Below, one piece after another: positions 25,646-37,048 of a stretch of 64,000 nucleotides of DNA (positions are counted from its first letter, which is position 1; every line of letters starts with the position of its first letter). Under the pieces are notes generated by a model. The model was not told the DNA's origin. It searched no databases and worked only from the letters and a program-made list of their open reading frames with translations. A program made the translations under genes and the position numbers. This DNA comes from an uncultured Caldisericota bacterium. GTDB lineage: Bacteria; Caldisericota; Caldisericia; UBA6126. The stretch is taken from contig CAYRBR010000002.1 in assembly GCA_964422555.1 (NCBI GenBank), positions 4,434-68,433 on the forward strand, in the 5' to 3' direction.

Positions 25646-28600
25646 GTGAAATTTTATAATCAAATTGCATTATTCTGCTTAACAGTTTTACTTCTTTTTC
25701 AACCCGCACAGATTTGTTTTGCCATTTCTCCATCTTCTAAGACTTCTTCTGTGCCATTCGTATGCTATAATTTTTCAGATGAATGGGAACAAATTGCAAG
25801 GAGTTCAAAATATTATCGAGTGATATGTAAGTTAACACAACAATCTCTTATTCAGGCAATTAATGCAAGCAATAATACATTATCTTGTCAAGATAAATCT
25901 TCAACAATACTCTCTTCTTTACACCAAGAACACATGAATTTTCTTCATTCTATACATCCTTCCATCTCGTATACAATTTTAGGTGAATGGACTAAAACAT
26001 ATAATGGTTTTGCACTTTTCTTAAGAGGTTATTCCATTCCTACATTAACAAAAAATCAATATATAGAAAAAATATATTTGGATAAGGATGAGTACTTTCC
26101 TGTTCGAGATATCGCAATAGAGACAATACAAAGAAATGAAATCAACGATTTTGAGGTTGAGGAATACTCGCTGCCTATCCTTCCAAATAAAAACACTCGT
26201 ATTGGTATTGTTGATACAGGTATCGATTATAACCATGACGATTTCTATCCAAAAGGTTATAAAGGAGAACAAACAAAAGTACAAGGAGGGTGGGACTGTT
26301 ACCACCTTTACGAAGAAGAAAAAGAAAAGGAAGGCTTCCGACCAGGTGATCCTGACCCTATGGATGATAATTATCGTACTGGTGGACATGGCACTCATGT
26401 AGCAGGAATTGCAGCGGGAAATAATCCTTCTCGGTCTAATTTACAAGGAATATGCCCAGATGCCACTTTATTTGCTTATAAAGTCTTTCCATCAAATGTA
26501 AGTGGAGGAGCTCCATCATACACAATCATAAGTGCTGCAGAATATGCGACACAAGATCAGTGCTCTGTGATTAATTTATCTCTCGGACATGAGGGAGAAA
26601 TTCCATCTATTGAAGAAAACAGTCCGTACTATGACTCTCTTCGCAATGCGCGGAGAGCAGGAGTAATGGTAATTGCATCAGCTGGTAATGATGGAAGTCG
26701 AACTGAATTCAATCCGTGGCCTTTGCATGCTCCTGGAGTTTTTGATTCAATTCTACAAGTTGGAGCTACCGACGATCGCGTAATTCAGCCCTTTCGGATC
26801 TGCAATCCCGTATCTCGAAAAGTTTACTTTGGACAATCATCTCGTTTCGCTCCCCCTTTTGATTTTACTTTTAATGGCAAAGAGATAGTATATTGTGGCT
26901 TTGGTTCCGAAAATGAATGCAGTAAAATTGATCTTAAGGATAAAATTGCACTAATAAAAAGAGGACCTAAAGATAATGGTATTTCATTCCACGATAAAAA
27001 CCTAAATGCAAAATATGCAGGGGCTTCTGGATGTATTATATTTAACTACAATTCAAGCAGTTTTAGCCCCAACTTATTTCCAGAGGACGAAGAGAATCCT
27101 TATTCAGAGAACTTTATTCCTTGTATGATGATTAGTTTAGAGTTAGAAACTGAACTACAACCAGTTGTGGATGGATTGGGGTATATTGAGTTTTTAGATA
27201 AACAGTCTTCCGTTGCTAGTTATACTTCTGCTGGTCCATGCTACTCAGCAGACAATGGGTTTTTTAAACCAGATTTATGTGCCCCAGGTACTTCCATTTA
27301 TAGTTCAGTCCCAAATTTTAAAAAGAAATCACTAAGTAGTTGGTCAAAAAAACAGGGAACATCAATGTCAACCCCTGTAATTACTGGATGTGCAGCGTTG
27401 TTACGAAGCAGGTATCCCTCTTTTCCTATAGAGGCAATTGAATCCCTGTTAATGAATACAGCTGATTTGATCAAAAATCCTCTTAATAACAATTATGTTT
27501 CGTTTCACTATCAGGGTGCAGGTGAAGTAAATCTGAAGAATGCCATGGAAACTCCTGTTTATGCTACTCCAAAATCATTCATAATTGCAGAAGAAAAAAG
27601 AGATGAACCTATAACTATTACCTTGCATAATTTCTCTAAAGAACCTATATCGATCAACATTAGTACCGAAATTGTTTCGAATAAAAAATACGCAAATGCC
27701 TTAGTGGGTGTTTTTGATAAACCATTTGTCACTATCAATCCTGAGTCAGATGAAACCATTCAATGTTGGTTATATCAAAATAATGAAATCCAGGAAGACT
27801 TTTTGGAGGGAGTTGTTTGGTTCGAAGTAATTGGCAACTCTTTCCAAGCAGATAAATTATTGCACATTCCATTTATTTACAGGACAAAGACCTTATTGAA
27901 AATTAACAACCCAATTTATGACGTGCAATACTCACTTTCATCTTTAGACATGAATAAAGAAAACTTTGGTTTTATTGGATTTTCTCTAGCGAGTGGATCT
28001 ATTTATCGAGATGTTTTTTTTGATAAAGAAACGAATGAGATCATACGAAAAAAAGACAAAGTAAGAAATCTTGCAGAACAAGTATATGTTAATATCTACG
28101 ATCAGAACGACAACAAAATTGACTCTCTTTTTATTGGTGATAACATTCCCATCGGGAATTACCAGATACTTTGGAATGGACTCGATTTATATCACAAACA
28201 ATTCCTCCCAAACGGTCAATACTACTTTCAAGTTTCGATTCCCTTACATTATCGTTATTACTCTGTCGTACAAAACGAGGATGAATCAGAACAAATTACA
28301 TATACAAAATCAGAAGATCAATTTCTCAAAAGCGAAAAAGTAAGTTTTGAGATAATAAACTCTACGTTACCTCCATTTCCTGAATTTTGCCTTTGCAGCC
28401 CTCAAAAAGTTAAAAACAGTAGCGTATTTGTTATCGAATTTTTATTAAAGAAACCCTTTGAGGGAAGTAGTGATGTAACCGTCACATTAGACCCCCTACT
28501 TGAAGTAATCGAATTGAATCCCTCCCCTTCCTCTGAAATTGCTTATCAAAAAGAAACTAATTCTATTCGGATGAAAACTAATATCCATATATCCCAAAAA

Positions 28601-28933
28601 AACAGTCGTTATTCTTTTGGTCAAATTTATGTTAAAAACACATTACTAGAAACTGAAAACTATCTACCCTCTTTTATGATAGAGGGTACCTTATCCTACA
28701 AGTATCCATTGAAAGATGTTATGCATAGAATATATACACCAAACATCACCACTTTACATTTTTCTCTCGGTGATTTTAATCATAATGATCATATTGATTC
28801 TGAAGACTATCGTCTAATACAGGGACAGTTTGGTAACACCGACTCAGATGAATCTTGGAACCCCGAGTATGATATTTTTCAAGATGGGACTATCGATGTG
28901 AAAGATTTATGGTATATGGTTAAACAACAATAA
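25646..28933 (+). CDS. Secreted subtilisin-family (S8) serine peptidase with inserted PA domain, Ig-like/FlgD-like region and C-terminal dockerin-like module
   Basis: GTG start 6 nt after GGAGG, plus a signal peptide. Catalytic triad contexts IGIVDTGIDYNHDDF, HGTHVAGIAAG, GTSMSTPVITGCAALL. PA-like insert (ALIKRGPKDNG…GASGCIIFN). C-terminus carries DFNHNDHIDSED and DIFQDGTIDVKD Ca-loop pairs. Confidence 0.85.
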   Translation: MKFYNQIALFCLTVLLLFQPAQICFAISPSSKTSSVPFVCYNFSDEWEQIARSSKYYRVICKLTQQSLIQAINASNNTLSCQDKSSTILSSLHQEHMNFLHSIHPSISYTILGEWTKTYNGFALFLRGYSIPTLTKNQYIEKIYLDKDEYFPVRDIAIETIQRNEINDFEVEEYSLPILPNKNTRIGIVDTGIDYNHDDFYPKGYKGEQTKVQGGWDCYHLYEEEKEKEGFRPGDPDPMDDNYRTGGHGTHVAGIAAGNNPSRSNLQGICPDATLFAYKVFPSNVSGGAPSYTIISAAEYATQDQCSVINLSLGHEGEIPSIEENSPYYDSLRNARRAGVMVIASAGNDGSRTEFNPWPLHAPGVFDSILQVGATDDRVIQPFRICNPVSRKVYFGQSSRFAPPFDFTFNGKEIVYCGFGSENECSKIDLKDKIALIKRGPKDNGISFHDKNLNAKYAGASGCIIFNYNSSSFSPNLFPEDEENPYSENFIPCMMISLELETELQPVVDGLGYIEFLDKQSSVASYTSAGPCYSADNGFFKPDLCAPGTSIYSSVPNFKKKSLSSWSKKQGTSMSTPVITGCAALLRSRYPSFPIEAIESLLMNTADLIKNPLNNNYVSFHYQGAGEVNLKNAMETPVYATPKSFIIAEEKRDEPITITLHNFSKEPISINISTEIVSNKKYANALVGVFDKPFVTINPESDETIQCWLYQNNEIQEDFLEGVVWFEVIGNSFQADKLLHIPFIYRTKTLLKINNPIYDVQYSLSSLDMNKENFGFIGFSLASGSIYRDVFFDKETNEIIRKKDKVRNLAEQVYVNIYDQNDNKIDSLFIGDNIPIGNYQILWNGLDLYHKQFLPNGQYYFQVSIPLHYRYYSVVQNEDESEQITYTKSEDQFLKSEKVSFEIINSTLPPFPEFCLCSPQKVKNSSVFVIEFLLKKPFEGSSDVTVTLDPLLEVIELNPSPSSEIAYQKETNSIRMKTNIHISQKNSRYSFGQIYVKNTLLETENYLPSFMIEGTLSYKYPLKDVMHRIYTPNITTLHFSLGDFNHNDHIDSEDYRLIQGQFGNTDSDESWNPEYDIFQDGTIDVKDLWYMVKQQ

Positions 28934-28955
28934 ATAGACGAATAATGATGCAGTT

Positions 28956-29708
28956 TTATTTTTTGATATTACTTAGCTCAGGAGATTGATAAACTAGCAA
29001 CCTGTCAATTTCAGATCGTTTTAATAATCGATACTCACCTGGGTTAAGATTCCCCAGAGATATATTACCAATGGCTGTCCTTTTCAACGACAAGACAGGA
29101 TGCTGCATATAGAAAAACATATTTCGAATTTGTCTATTTTTTCCCTCTTCCAAAATTACTTTATACAGTGAGGATTCTCGATTCTTTGAAAGCAATTTGA
29201 TAAAAGACGGTTTGGCTCGGTAACCATCCATAAAAATACCTTTTCGTAACCGTTTAATTACATCCATACTCGGAATACCCTTTACTCGTACTAAGTATGT
29301 TTTAGATACATGATGCCTGGGATCGGTTATTCTTTGAGAAAAATCACCATCATTCGTCAAAAGAATAGCTCCTTCAGACAAATAGTCGAGTCTTCCGACT
29401 GGAAATACGGGAAAATGAGGAGGAATGAAATCCATTACCGTTTTTCTCTTTTGTGGATCACTTCTGGTAGTAACTACACGCAAAGGTTTATTAAGTAAAA
29501 CATAGTACCTGTTAGTAATTGGATGAATCTCTTTTTCATGGAAAAAAACTTTATCAGTAGATGGATCAATTAATGTCTCAGGTTTGCATATCATGTCAGA
29601 ATTAACAAAGATATAACCGTTTCGAATAAACTCTTCACATTGTCTTCTCGAGCCAATATTACATGAGTTAACAAATGTGTGTAACTTAATCCTCTGTTTT
29701 TGTTGCAT
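28956..29708 (-). CDS. Pseudouridine synthase, RsuA/RluB family (S4 domain plus catalytic domain)
   Basis: N-terminal S4-like region. Catalytic Asp context PVGRLDYLSEGAILLTNDGDFSQRITDPRHHVSKTY. Confidence 0.8.
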   Translation of the reverse strand: MQQKQRIKLHTFVNSCNIGSRRQCEEFIRNGYIFVNSDMICKPETLIDPSTDKVFFHEKEIHPITNRYYVLLNKPLRVVTTRSDPQKRKTVMDFIPPHFPVFPVGRLDYLSEGAILLTNDGDFSQRITDPRHHVSKTYLVRVKGIPSMDVIKRLRKGIFMDGYRAKPSFIKLLSKNRESSLYKVILEEGKNRQIRNMFFYMQHPVLSLKRTAIGNISLGNLNPGEYRLLKRSEIDRLLVYQSPELSNIKK

Positions 29709-29748
29709 AAATCATCCTATATGTCTTCTGTAGAGCAAAAAACTTCCA

Positions 29749-31458
29749 CTAAGTATGTTCAACTTGAACTGTTTCAGTACCCGATAATTTCATTCTAATT
29801 ATATGATTAAATTTAGGAATTGCTCTTTTATCGTGAGTGATTGCAATAATAGTGCTTTTTGAAAAATAGTCAAAAATGGTATTAAATATATCTTCTTCTA
29901 TTTCGTCATCTATAGATGAGGTAAACTCATCAAGTAACAGAATCTCTGGCTTCCTAACCATTGCACGAGCCAGTGTTAATCGTTGAATCTGGCCTTGAGA
30001 TAATCGGAATTTCCTTGGATTAAGTACTGTGTAAATACCATTGGGTAGACACTCTACAAATGTGAGTAAATGCATCTTCTCCAACACACTTTTCACCCTT
30101 GCAACTGAAATTTTATGATCTCCCATTGCAATATTATCTAGTACCGTATCGACAAATAAATGGCTATCCTTTGATACATAACCAAAGTGCCTAAAATACT
30201 CTTCATCTGGAATAGAAGAAATGGGTACCGAACCCACTAAAATTTCCCCCTCTGATACTTTATAATAACGCATCAATAAATGGAATACTGTTGATTTACC
30301 AATACCACTTGGACCCACAATACATGTTTTCTCGCCATACTTAATGTCCAAGGTTAAATTATTGAAAATTGGTGGAAAATCTGGATAGTGAAAAGTCACA
30401 TTGTTAAAATGTATGTCGAAGTTTAAAAGTTCAAAATCTTTCGTTGATTGCACTTCTGCATGATCTTTCATTATTGAATCAGTACCGGTGATGGAATTTA
30501 ATTCTAGATTGCCAGTATCCAGAATTCTTTGCAACCTTTCAATATAGGGATGAATATTAGAATAATGTGTAATACTACAAAAAATATCTTGCATTTGTTT
30601 TGAACACTGCTGTAGATAAGTATGATAAGAAACCAATTCACCAATTGTAATCCCTGGATAATCTAAACATATCATGATCCCCCCAATAATGACGGGGAAC
30701 AATGTCATATATAAACCCATACTCGAGATACTACCACTGGATAAGGCAGAATTCATAGCAGAAACACCTCTTTTAAGAAGATATTTCCGAACAAAAGCAT
30801 GGAATTTACGTACAATATTTTCAGTTACTTGGAAAAAATGAATATCGTGGATGCCGGTAGTCGTGTCAAGAAATTTTTCATTTAAGTGCCGTAATTCTCG
30901 ATTTGCTTCTTTTGCTTTGGATTCTAAATCGTGATTGTTCAGTAAAATAAAATAGACACTGGCTGGTATCGCAGCTAATGACAGTAAAGCCAATTCCCAG
31001 TTCCACAAAAATAAAAAGATAAGGACAGATAGAACACTGATAAAGTTAACAAAAAAACTAATAAAATACTCTCTGAAATAATCCTGCAGAACTTGAACTT
31101 CAAAACTATAGTGGGTTAATAAATCACTTGGGGTGTGATTTTTGTAAAACACATACTGCTTACAAACAATGCTTTCAAACAATCGTATTCTAAATGACTT
31201 AAAAACAGACGTGGAATACTTGTAATGCAACTCAACCTGGATATTAAAAACATAGTACCCGACAACATAGTTGATAGTTAAAAAAACTGATATTACCAAA
31301 AAACCTACTAGGTCTTTTTGGGGAAGAATTTGGTCGATTGATAATCCCAGCAAATATGGTCCAACGATTGTAGTAGCGATATAGGCCAATGTAAACAATA
31401 TTGTAGGAGTAATATATCTTTTGGCAGATTTGAAATCAGGCTTTAGTAGTCTATACAA
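29749..31458 (-). CDS. ABC exporter, fused transmembrane and ATP-binding domains
   Basis: Six-TM N-domain. Walker A GPSGIGKST, signature LSQGQIQRL, Walker B ILLLDEFTSSID. Confidence 0.8.
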   Translation of the reverse strand: MYRLLKPDFKSAKRYITPTILFTLAYIATTIVGPYLLGLSIDQILPQKDLVGFLVISVFLTINYVVGYYVFNIQVELHYKYSTSVFKSFRIRLFESIVCKQYVFYKNHTPSDLLTHYSFEVQVLQDYFREYFISFFVNFISVLSVLIFLFLWNWELALLSLAAIPASVYFILLNNHDLESKAKEANRELRHLNEKFLDTTTGIHDIHFFQVTENIVRKFHAFVRKYLLKRGVSAMNSALSSGSISSMGLYMTLFPVIIGGIMICLDYPGITIGELVSYHTYLQQCSKQMQDIFCSITHYSNIHPYIERLQRILDTGNLELNSITGTDSIMKDHAEVQSTKDFELLNFDIHFNNVTFHYPDFPPIFNNLTLDIKYGEKTCIVGPSGIGKSTVFHLLMRYYKVSEGEILVGSVPISSIPDEEYFRHFGYVSKDSHLFVDTVLDNIAMGDHKISVARVKSVLEKMHLLTFVECLPNGIYTVLNPRKFRLSQGQIQRLTLARAMVRKPEILLLDEFTSSIDDEIEEDIFNTIFDYFSKSTIIAITHDKRAIPKFNHIIRMKLSGTETVQVEHT

Positions 31459-31521
31459 ATCTGAAATAGAGTAAAAGAATAAACTATGCTTTGAGCTTAT
31501 AGTACTCCTCCTAAAAAAGAA

Positions 31522-32151
31522 TCAATAAGAACGTTTACTCAATATTTCCTTAATTTTCATTAATCGTATTGTTGTTGAACGCTCATTTTCTTCAAGCTTC
31601 GACGTAATATCTTTGATTGTTTTTTCCAATTCTGGAATCAGAACATATTCTAATGCATTTACTCGTCTTTTTGTGAGTTCCACTATTCTAGCAACTTCGT
31701 AGATTGAAAACTCCAATTCAGCCAGTTTCAATAAATCATCCAATATCAAATCAAACTCTTTAAGTACAATATCAAAGGCTGGATTCAAACCATAATTAGT
31801 ATACACGGGTTTCACAGGATGTGTATGACTTATATGGAATTCTGGAAGAGTTATATTCATTATGTTCTTTTGAGACATAGTTAGGTCAAATTCGGCAGGA
31901 TAGTCAGAAACAATATTTCTCATTTCTTCATCTGTTACAGTTGTTCTTAAAAATAAAAAGCGTTCAAGAATCTGAGGAAGTTTGTTGCCAACCTTTTTTT
32001 CCTGCTTCTCAAATTCTTTGGCCAATTCAACTAATTCTCGGGCAAGAGCTTCTAGCTTTTCCTTAAGTAATTTGTGTCCTCTAACTGCGGTTTTATGTCT
32101 CTTTCTAGTTTCCAGAAGCTTCATCCGAGTGGGGCTTACACGTTGAGACAC
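31522..32151 (-). CDS. ntpD: V-type ATPase subunit D
   Basis: N-terminus RVSPTRMKLLETRKRHKTAVRGHKLLKEK matches the subunit-D consensus. GTG start overlaps the subunit B stop. Confidence 0.8.
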   Translation of the reverse strand: MSQRVSPTRMKLLETRKRHKTAVRGHKLLKEKLEALARELVELAKEFEKQEKKVGNKLPQILERFLFLRTTVTDEEMRNIVSDYPAEFDLTMSQKNIMNITLPEFHISHTHPVKPVYTNYGLNPAFDIVLKEFDLILDDLLKLAELEFSIYEVARIVELTKRRVNALEYVLIPELEKTIKDITSKLEENERSTTIRLMKIKEILSKRSY

Positions 32152-33530
32152 TATTGACCGCCCTTTTTATAGTACTTTTCAATAAATTCATCTCGAACTC
32201 GAGTCATTTCAGTTTCAGGGAGAATTCGAAGTAAATCCCATCCTAAATCCAGTGTTTCAATAATTGTTCTATCTTCTCGATTGTGCTGTTTGACATACCG
32301 GTTTTCAAACTCTTCTGAAAACTTAATATACAGTTGATCGATTTCACTTAAAGCTGATTCACCAAGAATTACAGCTAGCTCCTGGACTTCTCTTCCGTGA
32401 GCATATGCAGCAAATAGTTGGTTCATTAAATTGGCATGATCTTCTCTTGTTTTTTGATCTCCAATTCCTTTATCTTTCAATCTAGATAAAGAAGGCAAAA
32501 CATCTATTGCTGGGTAATATCCTTTCGCATACAATGAACGTGATACGAAGATTTGTCCTTCTGTAATGTAACCAGTTAAATCGGGTATTGGGTGAGTTTT
32601 GTCATCATCTGGCATCGATAAAATTGGCATCATAGTAATAGAACCATTTTTGTTCTTAATTCGACCACATCGCTCATAGATTGTCGCCAAATCTGTATAC
32701 ATATAACCAGGATAACCTCGCCTACCAGGGATTTCTTTTCTTGCAGCAGATACTTCTCTCAAAGCTTCACAATAGTTTGTCATATCCGTTAAAATAACTA
32801 GTACATGAATACCAAGGTCAAAAGCAAGATATTCAGCAGTCGTTAGCGCAAACTTTGGAACAGCAAGTCGTTCAATAACAGGATCATTGGCTAAATTGAT
32901 AAACATAACAGATCGATCAATTGCCCCACTTTCACGTAATGAAGCAACAAACTCGTTAGATTCATCAAATGTAACACCCATTGCTCCAAATACAACAGCA
33001 AATTGATCGCTCTTTTTAAGAACTTTTGCTTGTCTGGCAATTTGCAGCGCTAACTCATTATGTGGCAGGCCAGATCCAGAAAATATAGGTAATTTCTGTC
33101 CTCGTACAAGGGTATTTAGTCCATCAATTCCAGATATTCCAGTTTGAATAAACTCGGAAGGATAATCTCGAGCATAAGGATTGATAGGCTCACCAATTGT
33201 ACTTCTCGTTACTTCAGCAATAATATCTCCACCGTTATCAATTGGTTTTCCTAGTCCATTAAAAACTCGTCCAATAATGTCGGGGGATAAATTTATCTCA
33301 CTAGGTTTTCCACGAAATCGAATTCGAGTGTTTTCTATGTTTAAATTCTCAGTTCCCTCAAACATTTGGACAAGAGCTTTATGTTCTTCAGCTTTTAAAA
33401 CTTCACCGTGTCGCAAACTACCGTCAGGTAGATATATTTCTACCAGTTCACCATAGCTGCATCCATCTATACCGTCCACAATAACAATTGGTCCGGCTAC
33501 ATCAGAAAGGGATTTGTACTCCTTAATCAT
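32151..33530 (-). CDS. ntpB: V-type ATPase subunit B
   Basis: 459-aa non-catalytic nucleotide-binding subunit in A/B-family order. Overlaps the A-subunit stop by 8 nt. Confidence 0.85.
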   Translation of the reverse strand: MIKEYKSLSDVAGPIVIVDGIDGCSYGELVEIYLPDGSLRHGEVLKAEEHKALVQMFEGTENLNIENTRIRFRGKPSEINLSPDIIGRVFNGLGKPIDNGGDIIAEVTRSTIGEPINPYARDYPSEFIQTGISGIDGLNTLVRGQKLPIFSGSGLPHNELALQIARQAKVLKKSDQFAVVFGAMGVTFDESNEFVASLRESGAIDRSVMFINLANDPVIERLAVPKFALTTAEYLAFDLGIHVLVILTDMTNYCEALREVSAARKEIPGRRGYPGYMYTDLATIYERCGRIKNKNGSITMMPILSMPDDDKTHPIPDLTGYITEGQIFVSRSLYAKGYYPAIDVLPSLSRLKDKGIGDQKTREDHANLMNQLFAAYAHGREVQELAVILGESALSEIDQLYIKFSEEFENRYVKQHNREDRTIIETLDLGWDLLRILPETEMTRVRDEFIEKYYKKGGQ

Positions 33531-35307
33531 TCGATTCCTCCTGTTTCGTAGTAAGAGAATCTAATGCTTCTTGAATATTTGATGATAAATCACAAGTATC
33601 AACCTTTTCTTCTGGAATATATTTTACACGACTTATAGAAGATCGGATTGGAAGCTTCATTATATCTACAACCTTCAATGTTTTATTCTTCCGTATACGT
33701 TGCAATGCCTCTTTATAAAGCAGAATTATGTTCTGGATCATATAAAACTGCTTCAATCCACTGGTATAAGTATCGATATCATCAAAAGCATTTTGATGCA
33801 GGAAGTCTTCTCGAATCGATTTCGCAATTTCCATGACCAATTTTTCTGCTTCAGAAAGAGCGTCAGTTCCTACTAATCGAACAATTTCATTTAGCTCATT
33901 TTCTTTTTGTAGAATATTCATTGCCTGAATTCTATATTCTGGCCACAACTCATTTACATTCTTTTTAAAATAAGCATCCGTTAATCCGGAATATAGAGAA
34001 TAGCTATTTAACCAATTAATTGCAGGAAAATGTCTTGCGTAAGCTAAAGAGGCTTCTAGGGACCAAAAAACTTTGACAACCCTAAGAGTAGCCTGTACTA
34101 CAGGTTCGGATAAGTCGCCTCCGGGAGGAGATACAGCTCCAATCACGGACAAACTTCCCTCTTCACCACATAGAGTTTTCACTTTACCGGATCGTTCGTA
34201 AAAACCTGCTACTCGTGATGATAAATAAGCTGGATAACCTTCTTCTCCTGGCATTTCTTCTAATCTTCCTGATATTTCTCGCATTGCTTCTGCCCACCTG
34301 GAGGTAGAATCAGCCATTATCGCGACATTATACCCCATATCCCTAAAATACTCAGCAATTGTAATTCCACTGTAAACTGATGCTTCTCTGGCAGCAACGG
34401 GCATATTCGATGTATTAGCAATTAGAATAGTTCTTTCCATCAAAGAACGCCCAGTTTTGGGGTCCTTTAAATGAGGGAACTCCATAAGGACGTCTGTCAT
34501 TTCATTTCCACGTTCACCACAGCCTATATATACAATCATATCAGCTGAAGCCCATTTTGCTAATTGATGCTGAATTACGGTTTTACCTGAACCAAAAGGT
34601 CCTGGTACACAAGCCGTACCACCCTCTGCCACAGGATAAAACATATCAATAACTCGTTGTCCTGTAATTAAAGGTTGAGTTGGCACAATTCTGTTTGCAA
34701 AAGGTCTTTTTGTACGTACTGGCCAAACTTGAATCATTGTAATCTCTTGCTTATTACCCCTATCATCTTGAAGCACAGCAATAGGTTCTAGGCCATTAAA
34801 TTCGCCCTCTTCTATGGAAACAATTTTACCCCCCATAGTAGGTGGTATTAAAATATAATGTTTAATGGTTTCCGTTTCCTGAACCCAACCTATTTTCTGA
34901 CCTTCTTGTATCTCATCGCCTTCTTTTTTCAAGGGATGAAAATGCCACTTTTTCTTTTTATCCAATGGCTCTACATCGATACCTCGGGCAATAAAATCAC
35001 CATGCTCATTATAAATTTCATTTAAAGGTCTTTGAATTCCATCGTATATCGCTCCAATGATCCCTGGTCCTAATGTTACAGACAATGGGTAACCAGAAGG
35101 AACTACAGGTTCTCCAGGTCTTAGTCCGGTAGTTTCTTCGTAACACTGGATATAAACTTGATTTTTATGAAGCTCAATAATCTCTCCAAAGAGTTTTCCA
35201 TTGCCAATACGTACTACTTCCATCATATGTGCTTGAGGCATATTATCTGCAACAATTAACGGACCAGAAATACTAACAATTCTACCTTGTTGAGTATCTT
35301 TATTCAT
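33523..35307 (-). CDS. ntpA: V-type ATPase catalytic subunit A
   Basis: Walker [10 protein letters not shown] and a typical A-subunit N-terminus. ATG at 35307 follows AAGGAG; the ORF track extends to 35343. Confidence 0.85.
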   Translation of the reverse strand: MNKDTQQGRIVSISGPLIVADNMPQAHMMEVVRIGNGKLFGEIIELHKNQVYIQCYEETTGLRPGEPVVPSGYPLSVTLGPGIIGAIYDGIQRPLNEIYNEHGDFIARGIDVEPLDKKKKWHFHPLKKEGDEIQEGQKIGWVQETETIKHYILIPPTMGGKIVSIEEGEFNGLEPIAVLQDDRGNKQEITMIQVWPVRTKRPFANRIVPTQPLITGQRVIDMFYPVAEGGTACVPGPFGSGKTVIQHQLAKWASADMIVYIGCGERGNEMTDVLMEFPHLKDPKTGRSLMERTILIANTSNMPVAAREASVYSGITIAEYFRDMGYNVAIMADSTSRWAEAMREISGRLEEMPGEEGYPAYLSSRVAGFYERSGKVKTLCGEEGSLSVIGAVSPPGGDLSEPVVQATLRVVKVFWSLEASLAYARHFPAINWLNSYSLYSGLTDAYFKKNVNELWPEYRIQAMNILQKENELNEIVRLVGTDALSEAEKLVMEIAKSIREDFLHQNAFDDIDTYTSGLKQFYMIQNIILLYKEALQRIRKNKTLKVVDIMKLPIRSSISRVKYIPEEKVDTCDLSSNIQEALDSLTTKQEESND

Positions 35308-35647
35308 TGTTATCTCCTTCAGTTTTAACAATATCAATCCCAACAGCCCTTCTTATCATGTTAGATAACTTTCGAACTGCGATATCTCTAGAGCCAGTAT
35401 TCGTTGGTATTGATATAACAATGGCATGATTTTCCTGAATCAATAGCTCGTTTTCAGGGGATATCTCTGGGATAAAAGTTTCCGTTACAATAAAAAAGCG
35501 ATATTTTTTTTCATGAATTTCTTTATCGAGTACTTTGTTAAACTCTTTCCTATCGTTTACTGGAATTGTGTGAAACGAAAATGCAGAAAATATTCTAATA
35601 ATATCCCTTTCGCCTATAACACAACCTTTAATCCTATCTGATTGCAT
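35300..35647 (-). CDS. V-type ATPase subunit F
   Basis: 115-aa protein (IKGCVIGERDIIRIFSAF) between the C and A subunit genes. Confidence 0.6.
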   Translation of the reverse strand: MQSDRIKGCVIGERDIIRIFSAFSFHTIPVNDRKEFNKVLDKEIHEKKYRFFIVTETFIPEISPENELLIQENHAIVISIPTNTGSRDIAVRKLSNMIRRAVGIDIVKTEGDNNE

Positions 35648-36578
35648 GAATAATTATCTCCTTCAAATTAGTACATGGAAGTTGATATCTTGTACAAACG
35701 TATAGCTTCTTTATCATCTCGATCTCTAGGATAAATCGTCCAAAATAGGAAACAACGTAATCTAAACTTGAACTTTCCCACGATGGCTTTCGAATCAGTT
35801 TCCAAAATAATTCCCACCAGTACGTTTCAAAACGATACATAAATGTAAAATCGATGGATTTAACAGGTTTTTCTTTTTCGATATAGGGAATCCAAAGACT
35901 TGAGACAATATCTAGTTCCAACGATTGAAAATTACTTTCAAAGAGACTATTCAGAGAATGCTGAGAGATAGATCCACCAGGATAATAAACGTCTTTTTCT
36001 TCAGGATCCTGTTGCATTCTATTTCTGATTAGCTCAAAAATATTAAATCGATCAATAACATAGGATGCCAAGAGTAATGTATATTCGGTACCATTTTTAG
36101 CTAATGTGTAAAAATTTTTCAAGCGCTTTGAAAAATCTTCATTTTCAAGAAATGGAAAAATTTCTTCTTGGGAAAATACTACAGAATGAAGTCTTTCAAG
36201 AAACAAACGAATATAACTCTCGGGCAGCATCATTTTTGTTTGATCCATTTCGCTAAAGTAAAAAGCCCAGAGATCGTTCTCAAATTTTTTTGCATCAAGA
36301 GTGTATTTAATTGTGTCGTATCGAGTATTTTTTAAGTTCCTAAATATATCTTCTAGAGTTAAACTCTGGTATAAACTCTTAATTGATTCTGCTGAAAGAA
36401 AAATCTCTTCTCGTGCTTTCAGAAAAGCGGAACAATATCCATACTCATAATCCTGAACTACTTTTTTAAGGTTTACAGTTTCATTCATCGAATAATTTTT
36501 TCCCAATGGTATTTTTGTTTTCATCAAGAAAGTCTTGTATTGTTTCTTGAAGAGGATAAATATATTTGACTCTTCCAT
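35634..36578 (-). CDS. ntpC: V-type ATPase subunit C (d-type); start uncertain
   Basis: About 300 aa, positioned between the E and F genes. An alternative ATG at 36488 would overlap the E stop by only 8 nt instead of 98. Confidence 0.6.
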   Translation of the reverse strand: MEESNIFILFKKQYKTFLMKTKIPLGKNYSMNETVNLKKVVQDYEYGYCSAFLKAREEIFLSAESIKSLYQSLTLEDIFRNLKNTRYDTIKYTLDAKKFENDLWAFYFSEMDQTKMMLPESYIRLFLERLHSVVFSQEEIFPFLENEDFSKRLKNFYTLAKNGTEYTLLLASYVIDRFNIFELIRNRMQQDPEEKDVYYPGGSISQHSLNSLFESNFQSLELDIVSSLWIPYIEKEKPVKSIDFTFMYRFETYWWELFWKLIRKPSWESSSLDYVVSYFGRFILEIEMIKKLYVCTRYQLPCTNLKEIIIHAIR

Positions 36579-37047
36579 CTATGCAAGCAATACCAGGTTC
36601 AATTAGGGAATCCACGCCCTTAAATGAATAGTTCGTTTCAAACTCAGCATTCTTTTCTGATTCAAATACATCTAAGAGTTCAGAACTACAGTACAAGTCA
36701 CCTTTACCAGGTAAAACCTGATTCATTTTTTGTAGATATGCGGAAGGATTTTCTTTAATATCTTTAATATAAACTGCAAGCAATTTCTTCTGTACACGTA
36801 GAATTAAATCATGTCTCATGTGGAGAATTTGCTTTTTATAATCTGAATCTGCCTGAAATTTCATTCGATTCGTACGTCCGTGAAAATCATTCTCAAGGTG
36901 ATCTTTTTGTGTTTTATCTCTCTGTAAAAGGTCACTCATAAAAGCGCTTAGCTCTTCATCAATACTCTTTTTAGTTTTATCGATTAAATTTTTTGCTTCT
37001 GTTTTTGCTTCAGAAGTAACAACTTCTTTTAGTTTCTGTATATTCAT
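36481..37047 (-). CDS. ntpE: V-type ATPase subunit E
   Basis: 188-aa charged coiled-coil protein in canonical position after subunit K. Confidence 0.65.
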   Translation of the reverse strand: MNIQKLKEVVTSEAKTEAKNLIDKTKKSIDEELSAFMSDLLQRDKTQKDHLENDFHGRTNRMKFQADSDYKKQILHMRHDLILRVQKKLLAVYIKDIKENPSAYLQKMNQVLPGKGDLYCSSELLDVFESEKNAEFETNYSFKGVDSLIEPGIACIDGRVKYIYPLQETIQDFLDENKNTIGKKLFDE

Positions 37048-37048
37048 C

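Noticed and set aside
36481-36578. 98-nt overlap between V-ATPase E and C genes as a possible programmed frameshift or fusion.
   Set aside because: More simply explained by an over-extended C ORF. An in-frame ATG at 36488 gives an 8-nt overlap typical of the rest of the operon.
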